DNA from: Rhodospirillaceae bacterium
GTDB taxonomy: Bacteria; Pseudomonadota; Alphaproteobacteria; UBA7887
NCBI GenBank assembly: GCA_002728255.1
Contig: PBWV01000047.1
Span: 27,368-91,367, forward strand
Length of the DNA: 64,000 bases
Direction of reading: 5' to 3'
The notes beneath the pieces were generated by a model. That model did not search any database. It worked only from the letters and a program-made list of their open reading frames with translations, and was not told the DNA's origin. Made by a program: the position numbers and the translations under genes. Shown one piece after another: positions 53,689 to 64,000 of this stretch (its first letter is position 1; every line of letters begins with the position of its first letter).

Positions 53689-54720
53689 ATGGCCACCAAG
53701 AACCCCCTTCCCAAGGATACCCAAAACAGCGCCGGCTTGATTGCAGGCAATGATGACCTGGTCAAGTACTATAGGCAAATGTTGTTAATTCGCCGATTTG
53801 AAGAACGAGTAGGGCAACTCTATGGAATGGGTCTAATAGGTGGATTTTTGCATTTGTATGTTGGCCAGGAAGCCGTAGTAGTAGGAGTTGAAAATGCGAT
53901 AACTCGTCAAGACCCTATGATAACCAGCTATCGATGTCATGGGCATATGCTTGCAAGGGGAGAAAAAATAGAAAGAGTCTTGTCCGAGTTAGCTGGAAAG
54001 ATCTTGGGGAGTTCTAAAGGTAAAGGTGGTTCCATGCATATGTTCTCACCGGAAAACGGGTTTTATGGAGGTCATGGTATTGTTGGGGCTCAAGTGCCTA
54101 TTGGGACCGGTATCGCACTATCATTAAAATATCGTAGTCTTTCAAATATTTGCTTCACTTTCCTTGGCGACGGGGCAGCCAATCAGGGCCAAGTTTATGA
54201 GAGCTACAATATGGCTGCATTATGGAATCTCCCGATTGTCTATGTCATCGAGAATAACCAATATGGTATGGGCACCTCTACCGCCCGTGCAACCGCCCAG
54301 ACAGAGTTTTTTCGGCATGGAGAGGGATTGGGAATACCTGGAATCAAATGCGACGGCATGAATGTCCTAGCCGTGAGAGATTCCGCCCTTGAGGCGGCCT
54401 CCTTTGTGCGCGCGGGCAATGGTCCAATGATTGTTGAGATGAATACTTATAGATATCGGGGACATTCCATTTCAGACCCGGCAAAATATAGGCCTAAGGA
54501 GGAAGTTAAAGAGGTCAGGGAAAAACGCGATCCAATAACTCAGCTCGAACAAGTGATAAGTGAAAAAGGCATCTTAAAGATGGAGAATCTAAAAGAGATC
54601 GACCAAAAAATTAGGTCAGATGTACAAAATGCAGCGGAATCAGCTCAGCAGGCAGAGCAACCAAGTCCGTCTGAATTGTACACTGATGTCTATGCCGCGA
54701 GGGCCAGCACAGATGACTGA
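53689..54720 (+). CDS. pdhA: pyruvate dehydrogenase E1 component alpha subunit
   Basis: 343-aa TPP-dependent E1 alpha (GQEAVVVG, ..[15 protein letters not shown]). Confidence 0.92.
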   Translation: MATKNPLPKDTQNSAGLIAGNDDLVKYYRQMLLIRRFEERVGQLYGMGLIGGFLHLYVGQEAVVVGVENAITRQDPMITSYRCHGHMLARGEKIERVLSELAGKILGSSKGKGGSMHMFSPENGFYGGHGIVGAQVPIGTGIALSLKYRSLSNICFTFLGDGAANQGQVYESYNMAALWNLPIVYVIENNQYGMGTSTARATAQTEFFRHGEGLGIPGIKCDGMNVLAVRDSALEAASFVRAGNGPMIVEMNTYRYRGHSISDPAKYRPKEEVKEVREKRDPITQLEQVISEKGILKMENLKEIDQKIRSDVQNAAESAQQAEQPSPSELYTDVYAARASTDD

Positions 54721-55687
54721 TATTAGTGTAAGACAAGCACTTAATGAAGCTATGGCTGAGGAAATGAGACGGGATGATGACGTATTCCTGATGGGCGAAG
54801 AAGTTGGAGAGTACGATGGCGCATATAAAGTTACACAGGGATTACTCAGCGAATTTGGCCCCCGGAGGGTTATCGATACCCCAATAACTGAAGCTGGCTT
54901 TGCTGGGGTGGGGGTAGGTGCCGCCTTCATGGGGCTAAAGCCAATAGTTGAGTTTATGACGTTTAATTTCGCATTACAGGCGATGGATCACCTAGTTAAT
55001 TCCGCGGCAAAGACCCGCTATATGTCAGGTGGACGGGTGACTTGCCCGATTGTTTTTAGAGGACCTAACGGTTCCGCGGCCCGTGTGGCAGCTCAACACT
55101 CACAGGATTTTTCGAGTTGGTTTGCCCAGGTTCCCGGCCTAAAAGTTGTGGCCCCGTACTCAGCGTCTGACGCTAAGGGCCTTCTTAAAGCTGCAATCAG
55201 AGATCCAGACCCGGTGATATTTTTAGAAAATGAGCTATTGTACGGCAAAACATTTGAGTTAGAGGAAGAGAACACTGACCCGGAAGCAATAGGGGTGGCA
55301 AAAGTTCTCCATCCCGGCTCTGATGCCTCTATAATATCCTTCTCCCGAGGTGTAGAATGGAGTTTGGAGGCCGCGAATACTCTAGACCAAAGCGGCACCT
55401 CATGTGAGGTTATTGATCTACGGAGCTTGCGACCCCTTGATATGAAAACAATTATTAAATCGGTTAAGAAAACCAATCGTCTGCTTGTAGTTGATGAGGG
55501 GTGGCCCTCAATGAGTATTGCAGCAGAGATCGCCTTTCAGGTGCAGAACGAGGCTTTTGACTACCTTGATGCTCCTATTATGAGAGTAACTTCCAAAGAC
55601 GTTCCTTTGCCGTATGCCGCGAACTTGGAGGGAATGGCCATACCAAGTGTAGATAAAATTATTAGCGCTATTGAAAGTATGCAATGA
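54713..55687 (+). CDS. pdhB: pyruvate dehydrogenase E1 component beta subunit (no N-terminal lipoyl domain)
   Basis: The ATG at 54713 overlaps the pdhA stop (ATGACTGA) and gives about 324 aa of the transketolase-like E1 beta ([14 protein letters not shown].., [14 protein letters not shown]). The longer ORF-track start at 54620 adds a non-protein-like leader. Confidence 0.9.
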   Translation: MTDISVRQALNEAMAEEMRRDDDVFLMGEEVGEYDGAYKVTQGLLSEFGPRRVIDTPITEAGFAGVGVGAAFMGLKPIVEFMTFNFALQAMDHLVNSAAKTRYMSGGRVTCPIVFRGPNGSAARVAAQHSQDFSSWFAQVPGLKVVAPYSASDAKGLLKAAIRDPDPVIFLENELLYGKTFELEEENTDPEAIGVAKVLHPGSDASIISFSRGVEWSLEAANTLDQSGTSCEVIDLRSLRPLDMKTIIKSVKKTNRLLVVDEGWPSMSIAAEIAFQVQNEAFDYLDAPIMRVTSKDVPLPYAANLEGMAIPSVDKIISAIESMQ

Positions 55688-55750
55688 ATAACATTAACAA
55701 AAATACTTCCAAAATCACCGAATGGACTTGTTCCATTGGGAGTCACAATC

Positions 55751-57013
55751 ATGGCAGTTGAAGTATTATTACCAGCTTTATCCCCTACCATGACAGAGGG
55801 GACCTTGGCTAAATGGCTGAAAAAGGAGGGAGAAACCATTAGGGCGGGAGACGTACTAGCAGAAGTTGAAACTGACAAAGCAACCATGGAGATAGAAGCG
55901 ATCGACGATGGGACCCTGGAAAAAATATTGATCCCCGAGGGAACGGACGGCATTCCGATAAATACTCCTATTGGGATCATCGCAGAAGAAGGTGTGGTGA
56001 ACGAAGTAAAGAATAGTCCTTTAATAAGTGCCCTAACTGAGACTAAGCTTACTCAACCCCCTCTAGCCGGCAAAACAGAAGAAAGTGTTAAGGACGAGCA
56101 AACCCATCACAATGTAAATTCTGAAGGGCGAATTCTGGCCAGCCCACTAGCAAAAAAGATGGCTCTCCAGGAAAATCTAGACCTCTCTACTATTAGAGGA
56201 ACAGGTCCAAAAGGCCGTATTGTAAAAGGGGATGTTCTTGAAGCCGTGAATAAAAGTTTTCAACAGCCAAATTTCTCTGAGAAGAAACCCAAAGGCACCA
56301 TGGCGAAGTCTCAGGAATCTGTAGTTCTGGATAACCCGTTCCATACGGCCAGTAATACCAGTATGCGAAGGGTAATAGCTCAGAGGCTTAGCGAATCGAA
56401 GTCTACAATTCCCCACTTTTATATGACAATAGGAGTGGAGATAGACAAATTACTTGATATTCGAACTCAACTTAATAATGAGGAAGAACTCTCTCTCTCC
56501 ATAAACGATTTTTTTATCCGTGCCACCGCTTTGGCTCTCAAATCATTACCCACAGCTAACGCCAGTTGGGGCCTGGAAGAAACAATCTATTACGAGAGGG
56601 TGGACGTGGCGGTAGCAGTCGCAGTCCCAGGAGGTTTGCTGACTCCTGTGGTGAAAGACGCTGGAAATAAAGGGTTGGCCTCAATTTCTGCAGAGATGAA
56701 AGAGCTTGCTAAGAAAGCAAGGGCTGGGGAATTGTTACCGGAGCAATATCAAGGAGGTACATTTTCAATATCAAACCTTGGAATGTATGGTGTCAGAGAA
56801 TTTTCCGCCGTGATTAATCCCCCACAAGCCGGCATTTTAGCGATCGGCGCATCAACAGAAAAACCAGTCGTTAAAAATTCTGCAATAGCAATAGCAACCT
56901 GTGTCGATTGCACTCTTTCATGTGATCATAGGGTTATCAACGGCGCCACCGGCGCTGAATTATTAGGTGCCATTAAGGGCTTTATCGAAAACCCGTTAAC
57001 TTTGATGCTCTAG
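55751..57013 (+). CDS. pdhC: dihydrolipoamide acetyltransferase (E2), single lipoyl domain
   Basis: Lipoyl-lysine motif ETDKATMEIE, a peripheral-subunit-binding domain and the catalytic DHRVINGA. The ATG at 55751 is preceded by GGGAG; the ORF track starts at TTG 55736. Confidence 0.9.
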   Translation: MAVEVLLPALSPTMTEGTLAKWLKKEGETIRAGDVLAEVETDKATMEIEAIDDGTLEKILIPEGTDGIPINTPIGIIAEEGVVNEVKNSPLISALTETKLTQPPLAGKTEESVKDEQTHHNVNSEGRILASPLAKKMALQENLDLSTIRGTGPKGRIVKGDVLEAVNKSFQQPNFSEKKPKGTMAKSQESVVLDNPFHTASNTSMRRVIAQRLSESKSTIPHFYMTIGVEIDKLLDIRTQLNNEEELSLSINDFFIRATALALKSLPTANASWGLEETIYYERVDVAVAVAVPGGLLTPVVKDAGNKGLASISAEMKELAKKARAGELLPEQYQGGTFSISNLGMYGVREFSAVINPPQAGILAIGASTEKPVVKNSAIAIATCVDCTLSCDHRVINGATGAELLGAIKGFIENPLTLML

Positions 57014-58414
57014 ATGAGTATTGAGAAATTTGACATTGTTATTATTGGAGGCGGCCCTGGGGGATATGTGGCCGCTATTCGCGCCGCTCAGTTGGGGTTG
57101 AAAACTGCGGTTATAGAGAAAGAACACCTGGGCGGAATTTGTTTGAACTGGGGCTGTATTCCTAGCAAAGCATTGTTACGAAGTGCAGAGATTAACAACT
57201 TAATGTCCCGATTGGGTGAGTTTGGGTTTTCTGCTGATAATGTCAATTTTGATGCGGGGAGCGTTGTCGATCGGTCGCGACTGGTAGCAAATAAACTAAG
57301 TAAAGGAGTTAAATACCTCCTACAAAAAAATAAAGTTACGATATTCATGGGGGTTGGAAGAATTTCTGCACCTGGGATAGTCGAGGTAGCCAATGAAAAG
57401 GAAAATTTTTCAATAAGTGCAAAAGACATTGTCATTTCAACAGGTGCACACCCCAAATTATTATCGTCTGCGCCTGAAAATGACCCAAATATTTGGACAT
57501 ATAAGAAAGCAATGGTTCCAGAGGCTATTCCAGCATCCCTAGTTGTTATCGGATCTGGGGCTATCGGCGTTGAATTTGCTAGTTTCTACAGAGACATGGG
57601 TAGTTCAGTGACCCTGATCGAATCTCTTAGCTCTATCCTTCCTGCCGAAGACAACGAAATCTCAGCTTTCGTTGCAGAGAAATTTGCAAAAGGTGGCATT
57701 ACAATTCACACTTCGTCTACTGTAAAGTCTATTGGAAGTACTGGTGGTGTGTTGTCGATACTGATAGAAAAAAACGATGGCACAGAAATTTGCATCGAGG
57801 CGGAGAAATCTATCGTGGCGATTGGAATAGCAGCAAATATTGATGGTCTGGGTTTGGAAAACACAAAGATACAAACAATTGAAGGACATATCAAAGTTAA
57901 CCATTGGATGGAAACATCTGAAAGTCATATATATGCTATTGGTGATGTAGTCGGCCCACCATGGCTAGCGCATAAGGCCAGCCATGAAGCAGTTGTATGT
58001 GTTGAAAAAATAGCAGGATTGCCAGATATCAGGCAGCTGGATTATAACCAAATTCCGGGGTGTACCTATTCCCGGCCGCAAGTTGCTAGCATCGGTTTAA
58101 CGGAACAAAAAGCAACAGAGGCTAATAAAGAGCTAAAAATTGGTCGGTTCCCCTTCCGAGGCAACGGGAAGGCTGTGGCTTTAGGGGAGCCTGAGGGCTT
58201 AATTAAAACAATATTTGATGCAGTAACTGGGGAGTTACTTGGGGCTCACATGGTTGGCCCTGAGGTTACTGAGTTGGTCCACGGCTTTGTCATCGCAATG
58301 GGGCTGGAATGTACAGAGGAAGACTTAATGCATACCATATTTCCTCATCCGACTCTCTCTGAGATTATGCACGAATCCGTGCTCGATGCCTATGATAAAG
58401 CCCTTCATATTTAG
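57014..58414 (+). CDS. lpdA: dihydrolipoyl dehydrogenase (E3)
   Basis: 466 aa with FAD binding GGGPGGY, the redox disulfide [13 protein letters not shown], and C-terminal His-Pro-Glu (HPTLSE). Confidence 0.93.
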   Translation: MSIEKFDIVIIGGGPGGYVAAIRAAQLGLKTAVIEKEHLGGICLNWGCIPSKALLRSAEINNLMSRLGEFGFSADNVNFDAGSVVDRSRLVANKLSKGVKYLLQKNKVTIFMGVGRISAPGIVEVANEKENFSISAKDIVISTGAHPKLLSSAPENDPNIWTYKKAMVPEAIPASLVVIGSGAIGVEFASFYRDMGSSVTLIESLSSILPAEDNEISAFVAEKFAKGGITIHTSSTVKSIGSTGGVLSILIEKNDGTEICIEAEKSIVAIGIAANIDGLGLENTKIQTIEGHIKVNHWMETSESHIYAIGDVVGPPWLAHKASHEAVVCVEKIAGLPDIRQLDYNQIPGCTYSRPQVASIGLTEQKATEANKELKIGRFPFRGNGKAVALGEPEGLIKTIFDAVTGELLGAHMVGPEVTELVHGFVIAMGLECTEEDLMHTIFPHPTLSEIMHESVLDAYDKALHI

Positions 58415-58421
58415 TAAAAAT

Positions 58422-59303
58422 ATGCGGGCGGAAAACAAAAAACCAAACTGGATAAAGGTAAAGGCACCAACTACTAGCGAATACGTCAAAACTAAACAGC
58501 TGGTCAGGAAATTTAATTTGAATACCGTCTGTGAAGAAGCTGCGTGTCCAAATATTGGGGAGTGTTGGTCAAATAATCATGCTACAGTCATGATACTGGG
58601 TGATGTCTGTACTCGGAAATGCAGCTTTTGTAATATTGCTACGGGAAAACCCCAAGTCATCGATACTGATGAACCTAGTCGGGTTGCCTTAGTAGCAAAA
58701 AGGCTTGGCTTAAAGCATATAGTGATTACATCAGTGGATCGTGATGACTTGCCTGATGGCGGTGCCTATCACTTTAAGCAAACTATTCTAGCTACAAAAC
58801 AAAAATGTCCGACTACTACAATAGAAGTCTTAACCCCAGATTTTCGGCGAAAAGTAGGAGCTATTCAAACTGTCTTGAGCGCACAACCTGATGTATTCAA
58901 CCATAATCTCGAAACCGTTCCTTCCTTGTATAAGAAAGTAAGGCCGGGAGCTGATTATCAACACTCACTTAGCTTATTAAAATCTGCAAAAGAGATAAAC
59001 ACGAATATTTTTACCAAATCGGGGCTTATGGTCGGCTTAGGGGAATCAATAAATGAACTGGCACAGGTAATGGATGATATGCGTCAACATTGTGTAGACT
59101 TTATTACAATCGGCCAATACCTGCGACCTTCTTTGAAACACCGAAAAGTTTATAGGTATGTATCTCCTTCCGAATTTAAAGTTTACGAATCCATGGCTTA
59201 CAGCAAGGGGTTTCTCATGGTTTCTGCCTCGCCACTGACGCGCTCCTCATATCATGCAGACGATGATTTTATTTCTCTCCAAGCGGCCCGCAGAAAGTGT
59301 TAA
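58422..59303 (+). CDS. lipA: lipoyl synthase
   Basis: Radical-SAM CTRKCSFC plus the N-terminal auxiliary cluster [12 protein letters not shown]. The ATG at 58422 is preferred over the ORF-track start at 58386, which overlaps lpdA. Confidence 0.92.
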   Translation: MRAENKKPNWIKVKAPTTSEYVKTKQLVRKFNLNTVCEEAACPNIGECWSNNHATVMILGDVCTRKCSFCNIATGKPQVIDTDEPSRVALVAKRLGLKHIVITSVDRDDLPDGGAYHFKQTILATKQKCPTTTIEVLTPDFRRKVGAIQTVLSAQPDVFNHNLETVPSLYKKVRPGADYQHSLSLLKSAKEINTNIFTKSGLMVGLGESINELAQVMDDMRQHCVDFITIGQYLRPSLKHRKVYRYVSPSEFKVYESMAYSKGFLMVSASPLTRSSYHADDDFISLQAARRKC

Positions 59304-59776
59304 CAATTGTGCCCAAGCACCGCCAAATTAAAACTGTTGGTTACACTCAGGATCAGATGTTCGACCTCGTTCTTGATGTCCAATCGTATCCTGAGTTTTT
59401 GCCTTGGTGTTTGTCTTCCTGTGTAACAAATATTGAAGATACATCATTTGAAGCGGAATTATTGATTGGTTTTAAGTTACTCAAGGAGCGTTTTGGATCG
59501 TGCGTGAGATTTGAACGACCATATTCAATACAAGTAACTCCAACATATGGGCCATTTCGGAGAATGCATAACGTATGGTCCTTTGAAACTAATGATCATG
59601 ATTCTTGTAGGATTATCTTCTGTGTCGATTTTGAGTTTAAGTCTATATTCTTAAACAAGGTCATGGGGGTTTTGTTTTATGAGGCCGTACAAAAGATGGT
59701 GAATTGCTTTGAAGCACGGGCCAGAAAAAAATATGGTCCTCCACTGGAAGTTTCAATTCCAACGGAACTAGATTAA
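59297..59776 (+). CDS. SRPBCC (START/Coq10/RatA-like) lipid-binding domain protein
   Basis: 159 aa with a Bet v1-like fold signature ([19 protein letters not shown]). A gene of this family conventionally follows lipA in alphaproteobacteria. Confidence 0.7.
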   Translation: MLTIVPKHRQIKTVGYTQDQMFDLVLDVQSYPEFLPWCLSSCVTNIEDTSFEAELLIGFKLLKERFGSCVRFERPYSIQVTPTYGPFRRMHNVWSFETNDHDSCRIIFCVDFEFKSIFLNKVMGVLFYEAVQKMVNCFEARARKKYGPPLEVSIPTELD

Positions 59777-59798
59777 ACAGTTCTATCCGTGCATAAGT

Positions 59799-60296
59799 TT
59801 ATAATTTTTGCACCGATTTAAGGAGGAAATCGATGGCCATATCCACACTATCCAATTGAATTTGTGACCGATTCCCTTTGAATTGGCGTGATATAAATTT
59901 TGTAGGCTTATTGGCCCAGGCAACTCCAAAATATACTAGCCCTACCGGTTTCTCTTTAGTTCCACCCCCAGGCCCAGCTATACCGGTGATAGCAACTGAA
60001 ATATCCGCTCTAGTGCGAGTGAGGGCACCCTCAGCCATGGCACACACAACTTCCTTGCTAACAGCTCCATGTGAAATTATGAGAGGAGTAGGGACGCCGA
60101 GTAAGGCCTGCTTAGCCTGGTTTGAATAGGACACTATCCCACCCTCAACTACTTCGGACGCCCCAGGAATTGCAGTAAGGCAAGAACTCACTAAGCCCCC
60201 AGTGCAAGATTCCGCTGTAACCAGACACAAACCGAGCTCTTGGAACTGACTTAAAAGCAACTCTGCCTTTTGTCTTAAAGTATTGTTAAACAGCAC
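59799..60296 (-). CDS. CinA C-terminal domain protein / nicotinamide-nucleotide amidohydrolase (PncC-like)
   Basis: 165 aa of the CinA_C family (LVTAESCTGGLVSS, ..GIAGPGGG). Last gene of the ispDF-pgpA-cinA operon. Confidence 0.75.
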   Translation of the reverse strand: MLFNNTLRQKAELLLSQFQELGLCLVTAESCTGGLVSSCLTAIPGASEVVEGGIVSYSNQAKQALLGVPTPLIISHGAVSKEVVCAMAEGALTRTRADISVAITGIAGPGGGTKEKPVGLVYFGVAWANKPTKFISRQFKGNRSQIQLDSVDMAIDFLLKSVQKL

Positions 60297-60299
60297 TGC

Positions 60300-60782
60300 T
60301 CATCCCATTAACTCTAAAATTATGAGAAGTGTAACTGCACCATAAAGACCGGCAATTACATCGTCCAACATTACACCAAGCGCTCCCTTCATTTTGTTAT
60401 CAATTAGGTGAATTGGCCAAGGTTTGTATATATCAAATAGTCGAAATAGTATAAAGGCCAGCAAGTATGAGACTGGAGTAATAGGAGCCACAGCAAGGAC
60501 TAGACCTTGTCCTATCACTTCATCCAAAACTATAATTTTAGGGTCTTTTTCTTTTAGTTTTTGCAGCGCCCAGTGGGATGACCAGATGCCAAGCACCAAT
60601 AGAAAACATAGAATTATTAGAAAAGTGTATGTGCCGAAGAGGGTGAGAACAATCCAGGCAAAAGGAATTGCAGCGAGTGAACCACAGGTCCCTGGAGCGA
60701 CAGAAGAAAAACCACTGTAGAACCATGTCAGTAATATTGTTACAGGATGCCAGCGCGGTAATGATGGCTGATTACTGCTCAT
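60300..60782 (-). CDS. pgpA: phosphatidylglycerophosphatase A
   Basis: 160-aa membrane protein of the PgpA family (GTCGSLAAIPF, FDI.KPWPI). Confidence 0.85.
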   Translation of the reverse strand: MSSNQPSLPRWHPVTILLTWFYSGFSSVAPGTCGSLAAIPFAWIVLTLFGTYTFLIILCFLLVLGIWSSHWALQKLKEKDPKIIVLDEVIGQGLVLAVAPITPVSYLLAFILFRLFDIYKPWPIHLIDNKMKGALGVMLDDVIAGLYGAVTLLIILELMG

Positions 60783-61941
60783 TATCTACAACCATTGTAA
60801 CTGTTGCTTGGACAGCAATCCCCTCGCCTCGACCAGTAAACCCTAACCCATCAGTGGTAGTTCCTTTTATACTAATCCTTTTCTTAGATACGTTCACCAA
60901 TTGACTTAATTTATTGCGCATCGCATCCCTAAATTCCGAAATGCGCGGTTCATTGCAAATAACTGTCATGTCTATGTGATTAATTTTTACACTGTTTTCA
61001 TTTACCAGTTTCATAGTATATGAAAGAAACTCATCAGAAGCTCGATTTCGCCACTTTTCTTCGTTACTAGGGAAGTGTTGCCCAATATCCCCACCATCAA
61101 TACCGCTTAATAAGGCGTCAACTAAAGCATGAAGCGCCACATCTGCATCTGAATGGCCAATTAATCCATGAGAACAGGGTATCTTTATTCCGCAAAGTGT
61201 CACATGATCACCTAATCCAAATTTATGAGCATCAAATCCTGTCACTACATGAATTTGTAATCGCTCCTCTGCCATTATTTTCGAGGCCTTCTCAAAATCT
61301 CTAGGAATCGTAATTTTGATATTCTCCTCCAATCCTTCTATCACGTTAACTGTGATACCCGAGTGTTGAGCAACCCCCGCATCATCTCTGAAATTATGTT
61401 CAGAGACCAGCTGATATGCGGAGAAAATAGCATCAAATTGAAATGCTTGTGGGGTTTGTATTCGCCATAAGTTTGATAGATCTACTGCCTGCTCAACCAG
61501 GCCATTATCAACTTTCTTAACCGCATCAATTATTTGTATCCCCGGAACAACTGCCACTCTAGAAGTTAAACTTGAGATCAATTGATCTAGCAATGTTGGG
61601 GTGATAAAGGGACGAGCACCATCATGAATCAAAATAATTCCTGGAGCGAGCTCCTTCAAGCTTTGGACTCCATTACGGGCAGATTCATAACGGGTCTCCC
61701 CACCGTAAACTGGCTCCATTAATTGTAGACCAGCAGTCACATCGCGATAGAGTGGCTCATCATTTGGACGTATTACCACTTTAACATGATCTATTTTCTG
61801 GTGCCGACACAATGTTTCCAGCGACCAGCGCAGAAGCGGTTTACCCGCTAAATTACGGTACTGTTTGGGCAGGCCGACACCTGCTCGGGTTCCCTGGCCT
61901 CCCGCCAAAACTAGGGCTACTGTGGGTTGCTTTTCTTTCAT
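60772..61941 (-). CDS. ispDF: bifunctional 2-C-methyl-D-erythritol 4-phosphate cytidylyltransferase / 2-C-methyl-D-erythritol 2,4-cyclodiphosphate synthase
   Basis: 389 aa. The N-terminal IspD (VALVLAGGQGTRAG) is fused to a C-terminal IspF (GHSDADVALHAL, FDAHKFG). Confidence 0.9.
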   Translation of the reverse strand: MKEKQPTVALVLAGGQGTRAGVGLPKQYRNLAGKPLLRWSLETLCRHQKIDHVKVVIRPNDEPLYRDVTAGLQLMEPVYGGETRYESARNGVQSLKELAPGIILIHDGARPFITPTLLDQLISSLTSRVAVVPGIQIIDAVKKVDNGLVEQAVDLSNLWRIQTPQAFQFDAIFSAYQLVSEHNFRDDAGVAQHSGITVNVIEGLEENIKITIPRDFEKASKIMAEERLQIHVVTGFDAHKFGLGDHVTLCGIKIPCSHGLIGHSDADVALHALVDALLSGIDGGDIGQHFPSNEEKWRNRASDEFLSYTMKLVNENSVKINHIDMTVICNEPRISEFRDAMRNKLSQLVNVSKKRISIKGTTTDGLGFTGRGEGIAVQATVTMVVDNEQ

Positions 61942-62110
61942 ATAAAGCTCTAAAGCCTGAATCCTAAGAGGTACTCTGTGCCTATTATCATATTTTCAAA
62001 TGAAAATCTTTATGGCTGATATTTTTTGAGTAATTTATAGGCTAAATAACATTGCCGAGAGCGCGATAGAGGAGTAAAAATGCCTAAACATTAGGCAATC
62101 GGTTTTCACT

Positions 62111-63106
62111 ATGCCCTTAAAACTTGGCCCCATCAATATAAGTAACCCCACGCTGTTGGCACCGATGTCAGGGGTTACTGACCTCCCATTTCGCCGTTTA
62201 GTTGGTTCTTTTGGGGTGGGACTTCTGTATACAGAAATGGTCGCTACCAAAATAATCTCTAAACAGCAATTAAAATTGACTGGTTTGAACAATAATAAAT
62301 CAAATGGTCCACCTACCGTAGTTCAACTATTGGGCAGGGATCCATCAGTAATGTCTGAATGTGGACTATTCTGCCAGGACCTAGGGGCGAGTGCTATTGA
62401 TGTCAATTTAGGATGCCCTGCACGGAAGGTAGTAGGGGGATTAGCAGGGTCCGCGTTAATGCAAGAAGAATCCCTTGTCGCCCAGATTATTTCTTCTTTA
62501 GTTAAAGCAGTACAAGTTCCAGTTACTGTTAAAATGAGGACTGGATGGGATAATAAAAATCGAAATGCTCCGAAGCTATCAAAAATTGCTGAGGATTGTG
62601 GAGCAAAAATGATTACAGTTCATGGAAGAACCCGATCCCAGTTTTATGCGGGTAAATCTGACTGGAGATTTATTGGAGAAGTCGTTAATGCGGTTTCCAT
62701 TCCGGTGATAGGGAATGGAGACATCACCACAATTTTAGACGCCAAAAAAATGCAACTTCTATCGGGATGCCAAGGGGTGATGATAGGAAGAGGCTGTCAA
62801 GGAAGACCTTGGTTTCTAAATCAAGTCAATCATTATTTGAAAACGGGATCGCAACTTGCCGACCCACCCCACGGAGTAATACTCCAAAAAATTCTATTAC
62901 ATTTGGAAGAGATGCTAACGTTCTATGGGTTTGAGCGCGGCTTTCGGATAGCTAAGAAACACCTTGCTTGGTACGCTCAAAATTTACTCCTCTCCCAGGA
63001 GGTTCGTAAGTCCTTGCTAAGGGCCCCAAACCTTAAAAGTATCCAATCACTTCTGGAATCTGCCGTAAACACAACTCAAAGGCTTGCACGCCTTGAGACA
63101 GGGTAA
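62111..63106 (+). CDS. dusB: tRNA-dihydrouridine synthase
   Basis: 331-aa TIM-barrel Dus family (LAPMSGVTDLPFR, DVNLGCPA, HGRTR). Confidence 0.85.
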   Translation: MPLKLGPINISNPTLLAPMSGVTDLPFRRLVGSFGVGLLYTEMVATKIISKQQLKLTGLNNNKSNGPPTVVQLLGRDPSVMSECGLFCQDLGASAIDVNLGCPARKVVGGLAGSALMQEESLVAQIISSLVKAVQVPVTVKMRTGWDNKNRNAPKLSKIAEDCGAKMITVHGRTRSQFYAGKSDWRFIGEVVNAVSIPVIGNGDITTILDAKKMQLLSGCQGVMIGRGCQGRPWFLNQVNHYLKTGSQLADPPHGVILQKILLHLEEMLTFYGFERGFRIAKKHLAWYAQNLLLSQEVRKSLLRAPNLKSIQSLLESAVNTTQRLARLETG

Positions 63107-63110
63107 ACTC

Positions 63111-64000
63111 ATGAAGAGTTTAATGAACTTATCGGATGCTGAGCCGTCTCCAGTTGAAGTACTTCAAAACCTTCCAACAGCAATCATCGTATTTGACGAA
63201 TCCCTAAATATAAAAATGGCCAATGCAGCCGCTGAACTTTTGTTTGGCTTGAGTTCAGGCTTTCTTATTCATAAAACTATAACTACCTTAATTGATGAAG
63301 ACGGTGAGTTAGTATCGCTTCTACAGCGAGCTTTTAGTGAACGACATAGTGTTCGAGAATTCGGGCTTATGCTAGCGGGGCCCAGAGTAAAAAAGCAAAA
63401 AGTTGATGTGAGAGTATCGGGGCCCACCGAAAACTCCCAATTCGCAATTGCAAGCATTCAAGAATGTTCTCTGGCAAGCGAACTAGATGGCCAAAATCTA
63501 CTTGGTAGAGCAGCCAGATCAATCTCTGGCCTTACGGCTATTTTTTCTCGTGAGGTAAAAAATCCTCTCTCTGGAATTCGTGGCGCAGCTCAATTACTGG
63601 GAGAATCCGTATCAGACTCGGATAAGGAATTAACAGAATTAATTTGGGATGCGACTGACCGAATAAAGGATCTTGTAGATCGAATGGAACTTTTTTCAGA
63701 CGATAGGCCATTAACCCGAAGTGCTGTAAATATTCATGATGTCTTAGGTCATGTGAAAGAAAAATTGACACCGAATTTAGAAAAAACTGTCCTAATAGAG
63801 GAAAATTACGACCCGTCGTTGCCTTTAGTATTTGGAAATAGAGAGCAACTGATACAAGTGTTTGATAATATGGTTAAAAATTCCTACGAAGCGCTTGATA
63901 AAGACAAAGGGCTAATAAAAATTGTAACAAGTTATCGGCATGGTTCACTAGCGTCAGTTCTGGGGGGCCGTGAAAAATTTGAATTGCCGATAGCAGTGAG
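63111..64000 (+). CDS. ntrB: nitrogen-regulation sensor histidine kinase NtrB homologue, 3'-truncated by the window edge; the H-box His is replaced by Arg
   Basis: My own translation from ATG 63111 (this ORF is not in the supplied track because it runs off the end). It shows an N-terminal PAS-like domain and an H-box with REVKNPLSGIRGAAQLL, where the NtrB consensus is HEIKNPLSGIRGAAQLL. The dusB-ntrB adjacency is conserved in alphaproteobacteria. Confidence 0.8.
   Translation, partial: MKSLMNLSDAEPSPVEVLQNLPTAIIVFDESLNIKMANAAAELLFGLSSGFLIHKTITTLIDEDGELVSLLQRAFSERHSVREFGLMLAGPRVKKQKVDVRVSGPTENSQFAIASIQECSLASELDGQNLLGRAARSISGLTAIFSREVKNPLSGIRGAAQLLGESVSDSDKELTELIWDATDRIKDLVDRMELFSDDRPLTRSAVNIHDVLGHVKEKLTPNLEKTVLIEENYDPSLPLVFGNREQLIQVFDNMVKNSYEALDKDKGLIKIVTSYRHGSLASVLGGREKFELPIAV

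Noticed and set aside
59297-59776. The SRPBCC protein after lipA could be read as a RatA-type toxin of a toxin-antitoxin pair
   Set aside because: No small antitoxin partner is adjacent. This lipA-linked SRPBCC/Coq10-like gene is a conserved housekeeping neighbour in alphaproteobacteria and not a mobile TA module.
1-64000. tRNA and other ncRNA genes, CRISPR arrays, IS elements, integrases, and phage or defence genes
   Set aside because: Every intergenic spacer is under 220 bp. None contains a T-loop-like GGTTCGAATCC motif. I saw no repeat-spacer periodicity. Every ORF longer than about 100 aa outside annotated genes is antisense shadow.

Overview
This window is compact core genome from an alphaproteobacterium. 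GC content looks moderate (roughly 40%, estimated by eye, not computed). Gene order resembles Rhizobiales or Rhodospirillales. Genes are tightly packed with short intergenic spacers. I could support no mobile elements, CRISPR arrays, tRNA or rRNA genes, or large repeats. Three syntenic blocks are joined directly. (1) The distal part of the respiratory complex I operon, nuoG (5'-truncated by the window edge) through nuoN, is chained by overlapping stop/start codons into birA, coaX and RNase J. It is followed by methylmalonyl-CoA epimerase, a small membrane protein, proS, lolE, lolD and dnaE. (2) The rpsB-tsf-pyrH-frr-uppS-cdsA-dxr-rseP-bamA-skp-lpxD-fabZ-lpxA-lpxI-lpxB envelope and translation cluster, followed by gloA. 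(3) On the minus strand gltA, gltX, lexA, moeA-moaC-trpC-trpD-trpG, trpE and ppiD. After that come tpiA-secG-pyrG-kdsA-eno-ftsB, the pyruvate dehydrogenase cluster pdhA-pdhB-pdhC-lpdA-lipA with an SRPBCC protein, the minus-strand ispDF-pgpA-cinA operon, and finally dusB and the 5' part of an ntrB-like sensor kinase. I do not see a self-contained novel system here. The points worth a second look are these. A consensus alphaproteobacterial LexA operator (GTTC-N7-GTTC) sits in front of lexA. The ntrB homologue encodes Arg where the phospho-accepting His of the H-box should be. A YibQ-type divergent polysaccharide deacetylase gene is inserted antisense between trpE and trpG. There are also several unusual protein termini: an rpsB acidic tail, a secG acidic tail, and a pdhB with no lipoyl domain. 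All product calls rest on motif and family recognition and on synteny read by eye; no searches were run.
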